A stretch of 64,000 nt of DNA from Eledone cirrhosa (GCA_964016885.1 OZ024755.1:23002001-23066000); one strand, 5' to 3'; counted from the first letter of the stretch, positions 13,485 to 27,048 are shown. Translations and numbers: made by a program. Notes: generated from the sequence alone by a model not told the origin.

Positions 13485-13704
13485 CCCTTTAGCATTTACA
13501 TTACTCTATATTTATTATTGTATTTTCATAGTAAAGGCTTTATCTCACATAATATCTCGCATAATATGGGATCTATGAGATTTTGATATTATCTATTTTG
13601 AGAACAATACCTTAATATTAGTATGAGTGGCTAGTTACGGCCGGTTTAAACAGAAACAGATGAGAGAATTCTGGCCAGATACAGCCAGTTTAAATACTAA
13701 AGGG
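13485..13704. mobile_element. piggyBac-type MITE
   Basis: TTAA|CCCTTTAG...CTAAAGGG|TTAA: terminal inverted repeats with a TTAA target duplication. A second copy lies at 17159-17380. Confidence 0.8.
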
Positions 13705-14499
13705 TTAAACATGAAATTTATAAATTAAAACAATGAAAAAGTAAAATCTCAAATAGTATCTGGTATTTTGTAATCAGGGAAAGGCTTTACTCTCACCTTG
13801 TACAATTGTTATCAATAACATATACTTATTGCAAATATACAGCCATAGAAATTAAGCCCGAAACAGTTCAGTATGAGCAAGACATGGTCACTTGATCTTA
13901 CTTGTCTCACATTTTCAATGTTACCCACTATACTATGAGTAACTCAGTAATAATAATAATAATAATAATTGTTTCTATTTTTTTGGCACAAGGCCAGCAA
14001 TTATCCCAGTGTATTACAGGTACTTTATTTTACTGACCCCATAAGGATGAAAGGCAAAGTTAACCTCAGCGGGATTTGAACTCAGACCATAAAGGGCTGT
14101 AATTCTTTGCTGCAAAGCATAGCGTCAGACCCTGTACCGATACTGCCAATCCTGACCATGATAATAATAATTGTTTCTACTTTTGGCACAAGGCAGCAAT
14201 TACCCAGTGTATTACTGGTACTTTATTTTATCGACCCTGTAAGGATGAAAGGCAAAGTTAACTGCGGTGGGATTTGAACTCAGATCGTAAAGGCCCGTAA
14301 CTCCATACTGCAAAGCATGGCGTCCAGCCCTCTAACGATACTACCAATCCTCCGACCATGATAATAATAATATTGACAATACGGGGTTTGAAAGCTCTCA
14401 TTAGTTTGGCCGATCATGTAACAATCTCTTTAGTGTGGTGTTATGATAAAATGCATCCAGTACATTCTGTAAAGTAGTAGTGATGGTGCCACCGAACCC

Positions 14500-14530
<31 letters not shown>

Positions 14531-14648
14531 AATACACACTACACCCTGTAATGTGGTTGGCATAGAACCTGCCCAAAATATACCAGCATGGAAAATGGAT
14601 GTAAAATGATGATAATGGTAGTGCATGAAAAAAAACAAAAAAACTTAC

Positions 14649-14841
14649 TAGCGAATAGAAGATATAGATTCACTAAATACTTTCATTGAAGGTGTGTTTA
14701 TTAGTTTATACCAAGGTAAACTTGTTTGTCCTGCTTGGAGAATATCCATCATAGAGTTAACAGCATTGATAAATGTTTCTGTTTCTGTTCTTCTTTCTTG
14801 GATAGCACCAAGTCGAAAACCAAAGCACAGTGCTGCTAAAG
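14649..14841 (-). CDS. Cytochrome P450 coding exon 4 (E-F-G region)
   Basis: Acceptor tttttgcAG and donor TA|GTAAGT; 193 nt. Reads SLAALCFGFRLGAIQERRTETETFINAVNSMMDILQAGQTSLPWYKLINTPSMKVFSESISSIR, with the FG-x-RLG and P-x-(Y/W)K..TP patterns. Not present in the ORF track. Confidence 0.9.
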
Positions 14842-14939
14842 CTGCAAAAAGAAGGAAATGGATTAACTTGTATTTAAGTTGTTGCTAGAATTTGCTTAAC
14901 TCATGGTATCATATAATGATTTAGTTGAAAATATTTTTA

Positions 14940-15470
14940 AATGAGTGTTTATTTAAATGTTTATAGTATCTTTACTAGTGGACAGATCATTGTAAAAATT
15001 TGCATTATTGGAGTAAGATTTTAACATTTAATTTGATAGTGTTTTGTTTCAAGAATGCCTTGCTAATGTGGCTTAAGTCAAATGTTTACAGTATCTTTAA
15101 TAGTGGGTAAATCATTGTGAAAATTTGCATTATTAGAATAAACACTTTAATTTTTAATATGATAGTGCTGTTTTGTATTTTTCAAGAATGTCTTCCTAAT
15201 GTGTTGTTTTTAATTCAAATCTTTATAGTGGACAAAAAATTGTGTGAATTTTCATTATTAGATTTCAGTTTTTAATATGATGTAACCTTAGAGCTGTTTG
15301 ATAGTTTTCAAGAATGTCTTGCTAATGTGGTTAGTTTATCTAAATGTTTGATATATCTTTATTAGTGGGCAGATCATTGTGAAAATTTGAAATTTGTAGT
15401 ATTGTAGTCAATTTTTAAAGTGATGCATCCATAGCGCTGTTTTGTACTTTTCAAGAATGTCTTACCAATG
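14940..15470. repeat. Degenerate ~125-135-bp tandem repeat, about 4 copies, in CYP intron 3
   Basis: Recurrent tagtgg..atcattgt..aaattt and ttcaagaatg motifs at about 14976, 15101, 15226 and 15363. Confidence 0.75.
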
Positions 15471-16301
15471 CAGTTTCACATAGTTCATACAGGAGTGAGA
15501 AGGCTTTGTGCTATGGAAATCTTTAAAGTCACTTATCATACTAGAACTAGCAGCCATACCTTACTCATAAAAGAACACATAGGCTAGTGTAGTTTGGATT
15601 ACACTGTCTTTAGATAACCGACAGTTTGGAATGGTTATGGCTGAAATTCCTTTGGTTATAAGTTTGTTTAATCAAAGATGGCCTGGGTTAAACAAAATTA
15701 GCTTGCTTGGATTTAACTCTTCCGAGTAAAGTGTTTTGACCAGGGCTGGACGTTTACCCGCTGATGCCCTATATCCAATTTGAGGCCCTTGTCTAAAGGA
15801 TTTTGGGTAAAAATTTTTAAATAATTTTACATGATTATTACTTTTTATATTAATGTTGATGATAAAGAATAAATAATATATATATATATATAAATGAAGT
15901 AATTCCGTCGGAAAAGTCCAGGAAAAAAGAGTGCTCTATGTAGGTAACAGAGCTTAATAGTTATGTAATAAACAACATAAGGCAATTATTTCATTTACCA
16001 GTGGTTTCTTAAAAGCAAAAAAATGTTGCTTTCAATCATCAGAATATATAAATACTCCTGTTTCCTCCTCTCTATCAGTATGTTTTCTGGGTTTTTTTTC
16101 TTCTGTTTATTTATTTTCTTTCTCTTCGCCACCGTCTCTGTGTCTTTTCTTTCCCCAATAATTTTCCAGTTATTGACACACGGTGGATAGACGTATTGTC
16201 TTTGATGCGTCGAAACGTCCTTTGTATTTTCCTTATATTTCTAAACACTAGTTTTTAGTAACCACACAGCACCTTGTCCCTTCTAAATTTATATATATAT
16301 A

Positions 16302-16687
16302 TAGTGAAATAAGATAACAAGGACGATTAGTTACTCCTTCATTATGTTTATTGGTTGGTGACACACGTTTCGCCACTAATCAGCTCAAGGTTCGATCTGT
16401 AGCGACCTGACTCTGTAATCCACGGCTCGTCAGATCCCTTGTAATGTTAATGGAAAAAAAAATATATTACAGAGTTGGGTCAGATCGATACAGATCGAAC
16501 CTTGAGCTGATCAGTGGCGAAACGCGCGTCACCAACCAATAAACGTAATGGAGTAACCAATCGTCCTTGTTATCTTATTTCCCTATAATACACTCTGTCT
16601 AGCTCTACACCTCGACACTGAAGTGAACCTAAACACTGAGTGCTCACCCGGGTGAATCTACAGTAACCTCAAGTTACACTCCCTGGA
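16302..16687. mobile_element. Hairpin+tail element, family H2 (deleted copy at 60628-60819)
   Basis: ~115-bp inverted arms (16302-16585) containing the hammerhead, a ~100-bp tail, and (TA)n flanks. Confidence 0.75.
16357..16438 (-). ncRNA. Hammerhead ribozyme motif with weakened stem I
   Basis: Minus strand reads CUGACGA-GCC...GGC-GAAA-C(GUGU)G-UC|ACC, then AAUAAA. The opposite arm carries only the 3' half, GGC-GAAA-C(GCGC)G-UC. Confidence 0.6.
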
Positions 16688-17158
16688 TATATATATATAC
16701 ATATAACTCTTTCTCTGCTAGGAAGGGTTAGACAGGTATACATAGACCAAGTCAGTACAGAAGCGGTACTTACATACTGTCTCACATTCTACCGAGTGTG
16801 CAGGAGAGGTTTCACTATATTAATTAATATATGTATATTTATTTGAATAATCAATAGATTTCTGTTAGGTTTGATGATGAGTGTTCCAGTTATTTGATCA
16901 ATAGAATAGCCTGCTCATGAAATTATCGTTTAAGTGGCTGAGCATTCCACTGACATACATACTTTTAATGTAATACTCAAGAAGATTCAGCATGGCATAA
17001 TGTGGATAACAAGGCTGGTTCTTTGAATTACAGGTACAGCCCATCTGATGGGCATCCAGATACAATAGTTTCCATTGACATGGTAAATGACACTTGCACA
17101 AGATGCCATGCTGTCAGATCAAAACTGGGACCTAATGATTGCAAAGCAAGTTTCTTAA

Positions 17159-17380
17159 CCCTTTAGCACTCATATTACTCTATATTTTCTATTGTATTTT
17201 CACAGAAAAGGCTGTATCTCACATAATTATCTCATAATATCGAATCTATGAGATTTTTGATATTATCTATTTTGAGAAATTAATACCTTAACATCATGTT
17301 TGAGTGGCCGGTTACGACCGGTTTGAACAGAAAGTGGTGGGGGATTCTGGTCAGATATGGCCGGTTTAAATGCTAAAGGG
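17159..17380. mobile_element. piggyBac-type MITE, second copy
   Basis: TTAA|CCCTTTAGCA...TGCTAAAGGG|TTAA, collinear with 13485-13704. Directly followed by a ~90-bp palindromic MITE-like unit (17385-17470). Confidence 0.8.
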
Positions 17381-17651
17381 TTAACTATTGGGTCGTCAAG
17401 TATGACATTTGTAGAAATTTGTAGAAAAATTTTTTTTTTCTACAAATTTCATACTTAACGGCCCAATATTTAACCTTTCTTAACGTATCTACAAGAGAGT
17501 TTCTAAAACTTTTTCAAACATAGAACATTTTTTGGTTCAGAAACTTTTGGGGGGACCCGAAAGTCTAATATGGTCGTAATATAAATATACTCCTCTACCT
17601 TTTTTTTCATGGAACCCCAAACACTCCTTTGTGGAACCCTTGATCTACACA

Positions 17652-18059
17652 TACATGGATCAGCTGAAAAGTTCATAGGCTGACCAAGATACACTCATGG
17701 AATGACCAATTGAGGTATATTTTTCAACATAATACTTGGAAAGAAACATTGCAGTTATTAATAAGAGTTGAAATTAATGCATGCAAGATTTTACTTCTTC
17801 ATTGTCAGCCTATGAACTTTTCAGCCAACCCTCGTTAGGGTTAATAACCCATTAATGATATTGTCAATAGCAATAGAGTGGAAGACGGTTAGTTAATAGG
17901 CTTAAAATGTCACATACTCTTCCAAAATTGTTCCAAAGCACTGTTGTTGAAAATCGAGGCAGTGCAATGTACTATAGAGGAAATTACTGCATTCAAGATT
18001 TCCCGGCTTAAACATCATTCCTTCATAGTCAGCCTATGAATTTTCAGCCGAATCTCGTA
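17652..18059. mobile_element. Tc1/mariner-type MITE with a duplicated right end
   Basis: Left TIR ..gctgaaaagttcataggctgac at about 17662-17684. Right TIRs gtcagcctatgaa(c)ttttcagcc at 17804-17835 and 18028-18059, the latter ending CGTA. Confidence 0.6.
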
Positions 18060-18073
18060 TATATTATACTTAC

Positions 18074-18264
18074 ATTCTATAGCAAATTTATAAAGTTCTG
18101 GCGTCAAATCATCAATGATGTCATCCTTATCTTTCATCTGCTGGATTCGTTCAACAAATGATTGAGCAATGGAATCATGTAAACTGGTATACTTTGCCAC
18201 TTGTGTTGGTTGCATAAATTGGTTTTGAACAGATTTTCTCATTGATGCCCAGCAAGTTCCATTG
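18074..18264 (-). CDS. Cytochrome P450 coding exon 3 (C-helix WxxxR)
   Basis: Acceptor taacAG and donor T|GTAAGT; 191 nt. Reads SNGTCWASMRKSVQNQFMQP...ELYKFAIE and contains WxxxR. Confidence 0.92.
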
Positions 18265-18361
18265 CTGTTAATAAAGAAATGATGGAATATATAAATACAG
18301 ATCAGTGTCCACAGATAGGGCATACCTATTCTAATCTGAATACATATGGTTATATTTCTGT

Positions 18362-18505
18362 GAAGGTGGATGGCTTAGTGGTTAGAGCATTGGGCTTGCA
18401 ATCGAAAGGTTGTGAGTTCAATTCTCGGACCAGGTGATGTGTTGTTTCCTCGAGCAAGATACTTTATTTCACATTGCTCCACTTTACTCAGCTGTAGAAA
18501 TGAGA
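18362..18505 (+). mobile_element. tRNA-derived CORE-like SINE family B (also about 850-1110 -, 4270-4415 -, 35195-35600 +, 40855-40975 +, 62495-62590 +)
   Basis: A-box TGGCTTAGTGG and B-box GAGTTCAATTC, followed by gagcaagatactttatttcacattgctcc..ctcagctgtagaaatgag. Confidence 0.7.
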
Positions 18506-18584
18506 TGATAGGGACTGGGGTCCTTATCATTCCACTGCAAAGTGGTCGTGGAGGTGCCACAGCAAATAAGCACCCAGCCCACAC

Positions 18585-18800
18585 TGTAAAGTGGACGTGT
18601 AGGCGCCACGGCAAAAAATCACTCAGCACTCACTGTAAATGAGGTTGGTGTTAGGAAGGGCATCCAGCTGTAGAAATCAAGCCAGAATCAGTTCCCATAT
18701 GAGCAAGCCAAGGTCAGCCGACCGGACACTGCCCACAACAGGACAACCCGTCTAACCTATGCTAGCGTGGAAGAACGGACGGAAAACGGTGATGATGATA
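18585..18800 (+). mobile_element. RTE-related SINE/tail family C (also about 9440-9700, 12290-12620, 29710-29920)
   Basis: Shared gttaggaagggcatccagctgtagaaa...gctagcgtggaagaacggac with a (TGA)n tail. 29711-29920 is nearly identical. Confidence 0.7.
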
Positions 18801-19621
18801 TTTCAATATTTCGAAACTATTTTATTATCATAGCTTAATCAAGAATAATGGAGTTATAGAATCTGTAGAGTAACAGAATCAAAATTCGTTTACTGAAGAC
18901 ATTTGTCTGGTCAACGCTTCTTTACGGCTACAAATTGTGGACTTTATATAATTCCTGTCTACCGAGATGTATTTTTATGGCAGAATACGATCTTGTACGT
19001 CGACCGAATAAATAATTGTTTCTACATTTGGCACAAGGCCAGCAATTACCCCAGTGCATTACTGGTGCTTTATTTTAAGGCATGAAAGGCAAAGAAAACC
19101 TCGGCGGGATTTCAACTCGGACCGTAAAGGGCCGTAACTCTGTGTTGCAAATCATGGGTCCGACCCTCTACCGATACTGCCAATCTACCACCCTGTCGAC
19201 TGAATAAATAATGAAGAGGTTTTGCAGAGTGTGGATGGAGCGTGAGATACTGCTCACTATTAAAAAGAGACAACTAATATTCCTAGAACATGCCATCAGG
19301 AAAGCCAAGCTGGAAGACCTTTCCATTAGCGGAAAAATTCCTGGGAAGCGTGCCAGAGATCGTCAAAGGAGGTCCCTTGTTGACAATTTCAACATCAAAG
19401 CCACAGAAGTATGAAATCTCGCCCGAGATCCAATACAGTGGAACGTTATGGTTCGTTAAACTCTGAGGGATCTCGCCTGAGATCGAACAGCGTGGAACAT
19501 CATTGTTCGTCAAACACTGATACGGCGAAGGCACAAGAAGAAGAAGCCTCTTCCCTAGGATGTAATGGCCTTTTTGAGTTTTTGAGTTTGAGACCCCAGC
19601 CCTGCAATATAGATTTCTTAC

Positions 19622-19850
19622 CTGGTTAGAAGGCCGTGTTTACCATTATTGTATTTGTTGTTATAATATGTCATCATTTCAAAGCCAGGACGCTTGGGTG
19701 CCTTGAATTCACTGGCGAAGACTTTGACAAAATCAACAGGGTCAAACAGCCGAACAAGCTGAGTTCCGAGGAGATTTTCACGAACCACATTACCATATTC
19801 ATTATGCAATTTGCTCAGAGCGTACGCTTCATCTGTTTTGAAAAATCGTC
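19622..19850 (-). CDS. Cytochrome P450 coding exon 2
   Basis: Acceptor ttttcAG and donor AG|GTAAG; 229 nt, phases 1 to 2. Reads GRFFKTDEAYALSKLHNEYGNVVRENLLGTQLVRLFDPVDFVKVFASEFKAPKRPGF...KHGLLT, which matches the YG-x-(V/I)-x-R / DP / P-x-R pattern of mito CYPs. Confidence 0.92.
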
Positions 19851-20461
19851 CTGAAAATAGATTTTTTTTTCTTTTAATAGTATTTTAACATAAATTACAA
19901 ATTAGAATATTGACAACAACAATAGCAACACAACTAAGCACTCACTAAAATCACTATGATAACCACACAAAACAACCAGCCCCACCAAATCACCACTGGC
20001 TGGAATACCTTTGAAAATAGTATTATTATATTAAATAAACGAAAGACTGGTGTAGTGGTTCTGAGAACAATGCGGCTTTGCAGATGATCAATGCAAATTG
20101 ACAATGGAAAGGCACTCTCGCTCGAGTTAGAAGAGAACTATTGACCTTTAGGAGAAGCAGCGACCCCTGATTGTATTCAGCAACCGAAACAAATATGAAG
20201 TACGCCAAATCCAGTGCTCTTATGGATGGCCCTGGTTCTTCTTGTCCTCGCCGCACTACGAAGTCTACACAGATTCATGAATTTCGGTCGGACGAAGAAG
20301 CGTGGGAAGACAGGCCGTATCATTCATTGATACTCTGCTGAGAGATGCCAACATTGATAACATCGATGATCTGAGAAATGTCATGTTCGACTGAGGCGAT
20401 TGGAGAGGGCGTGCTGAATCTTTGCGAGTGTAAACTCGGCTGAAGAAGTATATTAAGTAGA

Positions 20462-20710
20462 CTAGCAGAAAAACTACCCTCCGGTTGTTTTCTGCTAGCA
20501 TGTTGTAGTGTGTATATTGATATTACACGCAAGTATATATACATGTAGATATGATACGTCAAATAAAATCGTAATTGACAATATACACAGAAATTGAACG
20601 AAGACTGCGTTACACTCTCTTATGTAATCAGTAACGTAATCCATGATACATTTAAAAAAAAAACGATATTATATATAAACTGCATTAGGAGAAAATTAGT
20701 GACAGAAAAT
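20462..20710 (-). mobile_element. Non-autonomous Helitron, inverted copy of 58460-58685
   Basis: Reverse-complement identity to 58460-58685, including the terminal hairpin and CTAG. Confidence 0.7.
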
Positions 20711-22321
20711 TAATATAATATTTCTTGACACACATACAGCGACAAACAATATCGACTAACAGAAAGTGATCAAACAGAGAGAGAGAGAGAGAAACGGACA
20801 CCACCCTCAATCTCAAAAATTTCCGCTGCTCCTTGTTTCATGCTTTCTTGTCTTTTCTCCTCTTTCCTCGCCTTCTCTTTTTATCTCAGTTAAGGTCATT
20901 CTGACCCGGTTGTGGAGCATTATATAGGTGACTGTTTTAAGATGTTGGTTAAATTTCTAAATATAGCAAGTCGAAAATCAGTGTTGATGCGCCCTCATTA
21001 GATCATACACACACATACACACATTTGTGCTTGTGTGTGTGTGTTTGAACGGGTGAATATATCCCCCCCCCCCCACGTATATATCTATATAATGGAAAAC
21101 GAAAAATCAGTGATGCATCAGAACTCAATTTATTGTGTGTTACAATTATTTCCCCAGCGAACAGTTCAAGGTGCGATCCACACACGGATCGCACCTCGAG
21201 CTGTTCGCCGGGGAAACAACATTTGATAAGATGAATTTTACTAATACATCGAAACCGGTTATACTTTATATACTTTATAAACTCTTTTTTTTTAAATAAT
21301 TATCCCTCTCATTTTTTCAATAATGTCACTTTGACGAATCAAAGAAAGGATAAAAAAAGAAAAACAGACCCTTAAATATATTTTCCGTGTTATTTCTAAT
21401 TTCACCTTATTTTTTTCTCTCTCTCTAATTATTATTATTATCCAAATACTGCCATCCTACTTACTGATTAGCTCGTATTGTGTACACTCCGGTAAATAGC
21501 TTGTATTTTCTCACTTTCAAGCCTATTAGCTCATTGAGTTAGTAGTGGCCGGAGCTCACTGAAGTAAATTCGGTGACCTTCGTAAACTGTATATACACAC
21601 ACAAATGCACACGTCTGTTTTACGAGAGCGGTCAATTTCGCAGAATCGTTAGTGTTGGATATTTGTCCTGTGTTTTTGCGTTCTGAGTTTAAATTTAGCT
21701 GAAGCCCATTTTGCGGTTCATCCTTGGGGTTGGGGGAGGGGTCGTTGTTCAGGTGATGAGAAGCTAAAATGGAAGAGAGGATCTCTTTTCGTGACCCCAG
21801 TGATGCGGGTTCGGGAGGTGCGGGGAGCGTTCTCTTGTTTTTGTTTTATGACCCCTGACTAGTCATTTGATGTTTTGAACACTTACTGTAATAATTATCA
21901 ATGTTGTGCTGCTTTCTAAATGGTGCTGTAATAAGTATGAAAATAAGACTTAAATATTGCCCAAGTTATTACGTAACAAACTATAGAAAAGAATAATCCC
22001 CCCCCCCCCCCCCCCCCAGCAAGAGAACCGAAAAAAAGCTAAACAAAATAAAAGAAACAACAGCACCAAAACAAAACAAACCAGCAAACAGACAAACAAA
22101 AAAAGCATTAGTAAAGAGATGTTCCCACAAGTGTTACACTCTGAAGGAATTCGCACCAAGAAGAAATTCGATTGGGCGAAAATAATGCAGACACATGCGC
22201 AAATCCTTTCATATAATGTTACCAACAGGAAGATACAGATAGAACATGAGCTATAGAGAGAGAGATATAGATAAATAGACTGTCAGTGTTGGATATAGAT
22301 AGATACAGAGATAAATATAGA

Positions 22322-22822
22322 TATACAGACATAATTGTTTTTACTGTTGGCACGAGGCCAGCAATAACCCAGTACTTTATTTTATCGACCCCGTAAGGAT
22401 GAAAGGCAAAGTTAACCTCGGCGGGATTTGAACTCAGACCGTAAAGGGACGTAACTATGAAAGAAAGCATGGCGTCCAATACAGACATAATTGTTTCTAC
22501 TTTTGGCACAAGGCCAGCAATTACTCAGTGCATTACTGGTACTTTATTTTATCGACCCCGTAAGGATGAAAGCAAAGTTAACCTCGGCGGGATTTGAACT
22601 CAGACCGTAAAGGGACGTAACTATGCTAGAAAGCATGGCGTCCAATACAGACATAATTGTTTCTACTTTTGGCACAAGGCCAGCAATTACTCAGTGCATT
22701 ACTGGTACTTTATTTTATCGACCCCGTAAGGATGAAAGCAAAGTTAACCTCGGCGGGATTTGAACTCAGACCGTAAAGGGACGTAACTATGCTAGAAAGA
22801 ATGGCGTCCAATACAGACATAA
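22322..22822 (-). repeat. Head-to-tail tandem triplication of a 5'-truncated SINE A plus flank (~165-bp unit)
   Basis: Three near-identical units, each bounded by atacagacataa. Confidence 0.85.
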
Positions 22823-24393
22823 TGTTAGATGCATATAGATACACTGATACTGTGTTTGTTAGCTATAGATATATACATAATTAGAGATAGATAGAGATAT
22901 AATGTGTTGGTATGGAATGATTCCGTAACTTCCGGTGGAGTCGTAGGGGCGACGTAGTGGTATACGGGGTTTCTTGGGTATTTTAATCCTGGCAGTGCCC
23001 AACCTTCTCTAGGTTTGAACACAGCAGATTTCTTTCAGAGAAGGATAGAAAGTGAAAGAGAGGAAGTGAGGAGATATAAGGACAGAATCGATCCTCAGTA
23101 CTAGACTGTTACTATTTCATCGACCTTGAAACGATGAAAGACAAGGTTGACCTCATACACAGTGTTAAATACAAGCAGATACAGTCACAATGTTGGATAC
23201 ATATAAATACATATATAGTATGTTAGCTATAGATAGATACATAGTTACGAAGACATAACATTAGATTAAGAGAGGCAAGGCAAATATGAGGTTAATAGAG
23301 TTATAGATAAAGAAGTAATTTTGCAAGTTGTTTTTATGTGGCTCTTATATATCATAAAAATGTCCAAATGAATCTTTCTCACTGTTACTCCTCCAAGTAA
23401 GCAACAATTAGAAGTAAGTGATAGAAAATAACGCGTTTGTGTCTGCACATACGCTGTGTACCAAGATTTGTACCCGGGTTCTGTTATCAGATAAGATAAA
23501 TTTACATTCCTATAAATCTGTTAACGCGGCGAATTGACGGAGTCGTTAGAACATCAGATAGAATGCTTTGCGGTATGTATTTCGACTCTCCATTCTCTGA
23601 GTTCAAATGCCACCGAGGTCAACTTTGCCTTTCATCCATTTGAGGTCGATAAAAAAAGTAAGTCAAATACTGGGGTTGATTAGTCCTCTATATCTCGTTC
23701 TCACTTGCCCTCTCTCAATTTCTATCCCTTCTCTGGAAGAAATCCGCTGTATTCAGACTTGGAGAAGGATGGGCTCCGTCAGGTTTTAAAAAAATGCCCT
23801 AGAAACGCCGTATGTCAATATGGCGCGCCTGCGACTTCATCAGGATTTAAAGGGACCATCCATCCATCCATCCATCCAAATCTGTAACTATGTTACGCTT
23901 AATATCTCTGAGAATTATGTGAAGGATACACGTGTCTTTGGAATGATCAACCACTTCCACGTTAACTTAACGAGCAGGTTGTTTCGTTGATCGAGCAACG
24001 AGAACACTCATTTCCATCTCCACGGGTTTTACCCGATTTTTTCAACTACTATTATAGTTATTTTCATTGTGGCGACTATATTTTAAGGTTTAAATTTTCC
24101 CGATGCTTCGTAAATTAACCCAAAATAGATTATTTAAAATTTGTTATATCTAATCATTTAAATCTAAATACTTATAATTATAATTACGCAAGTTTAAGAT
24201 TTAACAAGATGTTTAATTGTAATTCAAAGATAAATATCAGCCTAGATCGATAGATAAGCATCAGACTAGATCAATAGATAAGCATCAGACTAGATCAATA
24301 GATAAAATAAGTCTAGGTAGATAAGCAATGTAACAGTCTAGATCGATAAACAATATAACAGTCTAGGTCGATAGATAAAATAACAGTTTAGAT

Positions 24394-24834
24394 CGGGGTC
24401 GGCACTTTGCCTCCACGGGCCGGATCTAGTATTAATGACGGGCTGGACGAAGGCCACAAAAGAATAATTATGTAAAATTACACAAGCTAAAATTTAATAA
24501 CGAGTGTTGGCTATACTTAAAAATAATTTGTATTAACCACAGATGAATGTAGTAATGGAAAAACATTTATTCAATTTAAGACATCGTTGGAATCATTTGT
24601 TTAAAAAATCTTTAAAATACATAGCAGCCAAAAAAAATGAATGGGATACTTGATGTCTTTTGTTCTTTGAAAGCTTCTCAATATTAGGCTTCAAACCTGT
24701 TGATGCCAGGAGCAAGATATTATATCGTTTCTCATATTACAATAAATTTAAATTTTAAATAAACAATTCACTGGGCAATAAGTTCTCGTGGGCCGGTCAA
24801 AATCCTTTCGCAGGCCGTAGGTTGCCGACCCCTG
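24394..24834. mobile_element. hAT (Charlie-like) non-autonomous DNA transposon
   Basis: TIRs C(A)GGGGTCGGCA / TGCCGACCCCTG, with a perfect 8-bp TSD GTTTAGAT at 24386-24393 and 24835-24842. Confidence 0.85.
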
Positions 24835-26837
24835 GTTTAGATCGATAGATAAAATAAGTTTATGTCGATGGATTGGCTGAATTGTTAGTGTCGGACGAGA
24901 TGCCTTGAGTATCTCTTTCGGCTCTTCACCTTTTGAATTCACTTGCGACGCCACTGGTGCTAAGCTGTGATCGGCCTTGGATAACACCGGTGGTGTGCAG
25001 AGAGGGAACTTATATGAATGGAGATGAAGTCTCTAAATGCAAGCCCACGGTCAGCTATGGTCGTATGAGGCGTTTAAAATCAGTTGATGCTCGACTTAAA
25101 ATATTATAGATTCTTCTTCTTCTTCGCCCACTTATTCCTGAGAGGGTCGTGGGAGAGAGTCCTCAACATTCCCTCCAGTGGGTCCTATCAGAACCAATTG
25201 TCTCCAACTGATCTTGATGGATGATTCAGAAGGTTAAAATACCCCACAAAACATCTCTTTTTAGACAAAGGGTAGACGAAATATTTGAACTACATTATTT
25301 ATTTATTATCTATGATGTATGTATGTTTTAGATTAGGTAGTTTTGAACGGAAAGTTTTTGCATATTTCCCATTCATTTGTCATAAAATTGTATGTAAAAC
25401 GAGTTTTATCTCTAAAGTCAATGTAAAAACTAAAAAAAAAACTAAAAAAAACATAAGATTTAAAATATAATGTAGACTTGTAACTTTTAAAAACATTTCA
25501 AATAAACACACATTCATGAAATTTACAATAGAAATTTAGTGTCAAATTATCAATTCAGTGTCGCGTAATAAAACCACCTCGACTGGCATACGAGATATGC
25601 GTTGTTCAATTCTTCGTAGGCGTCCGTCCACGAGTATTTCTTCTTAGCTGGTTTCAACCTGGATCGCAGCGTCATAATCCCTCCACCACTTCATGGTCCA
25701 ACATCACCGCCTTGGGATCGGTCCTGGACGCATTCCAGATCAGTGTCTTTGATCAGGTTGTCAATGTAAGTGTATCAGCGTTTTCCTCTCCTTACAACCA
25801 ACTCTATGAAATGGGTTCCAAAGGACTAATTTGGATGCTTCTAGTTCAGTGTCACACACAATGACCAGATATGCGTAGCCGTCTTTGCCTGATCTTTTCG
25901 CCGACTTTTGACAGGTCTCCATAAAGGCATTTCACCATAAAGGGTCATTCGTAGCATACTTGTGTATCAGCAGTTTAGCCCGCTTGTTAAATTTTCATTC
26001 AGGCGTACTTTACGAGATTTATTCAACTCTTATCTATAATTATCAACTTAGAAGTTTTTTATTGTAGTTCTCTGTATTGTGGTGACTATAGTTTCGAATT
26101 TCAAATTCCCCATACACAGAGGAGGAAAAAACCCAGAGACGCCCAATAGTTGAGGGGTGGGGGAGTATAATAAAGGATTTTATTTTCAAATCCAATATAA
26201 CATTGAGATCAAAACGAGATTATGATTTCTATAACACACAACACACTCACTCACTCACTCACTTTCTCACTCACTCTCTCTCACTCACTCACTTTCTCAC
26301 TCTCTCTCACTCACTCACTCACACACTTTCTCTCTCACTCACTCACTCACTCACTCACACACTTTCTCTCTCACTCACTCACTCACTCACTCACCAAAAG
26401 AAAGCAGAGAATAAATATTCTCTAATATCACACCGTCTTACCAGTTTTACCACAACGCACTGGTTGACATGAGAATATCGTAAATGGCTGTTGGCCAAGA
26501 TGCTATGCGGTGGGATCGAACCCGAGACCTAATGATTGCGAAGCGAACTTCTTAATGATTCGACCATGATGCATCCATTGACAAGAAAATGGCTTCAGAT
26601 TTAGGCATAAGGCCAGCAATTTTTGGTGGGAGGGGAAAGTCGATTAAATCGACACTCAGTGCGTTACTGGTTCCTTATTTTATCTATCTCGTAAGGGTGA
26701 AAGGCAAAGCTAACCTCGATTTGAGCTCAAAACGTAAAGGGACGTAACTATATGCTCAAAGCATATTATCCGACGCTCTACCGATACTGCCAGTTCAACT
26801 CCCTCTAACAAAAAATATTTTTACGATTTCCACCTAC

Positions 26838-27048
26838 CTCCTGGTAAATATTGCCACAATGTGCCGATAAGAGGTAAATTTTTTGGTCCTGGTACGTCTT
26901 CGAATTGTTTCAGTTTTGTACTGTCTTTCATCAAAGGGCATACATTTGGCTGTGGCTTTCGTTCTGTTAGAATTGTGGATACTTCTCTGATATCTGTATA
27001 TCGTCTTAAAGAGGAACATAATTGGCGAGATGGTTTCACGATCGACAT
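26838..27048 (-). CDS. Mitochondrial-clan cytochrome P450, coding exon 1 (targeting peptide and FEDVPGP motif)
   Basis: ATG at 27048. Translation MSIVKPSRQLCSSLRRY...KQFEDVPGPKNLPLIGTLWQYLPG: an Arg/Ser-rich N-terminus followed by the PGP hinge typical of mito-clan CYPs. Donor G|GTAGG at 26837 (phase 1). A poly-T tract and AG acceptor at 27057-27056 imply an upstream non-coding exon. Confidence 0.9.
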
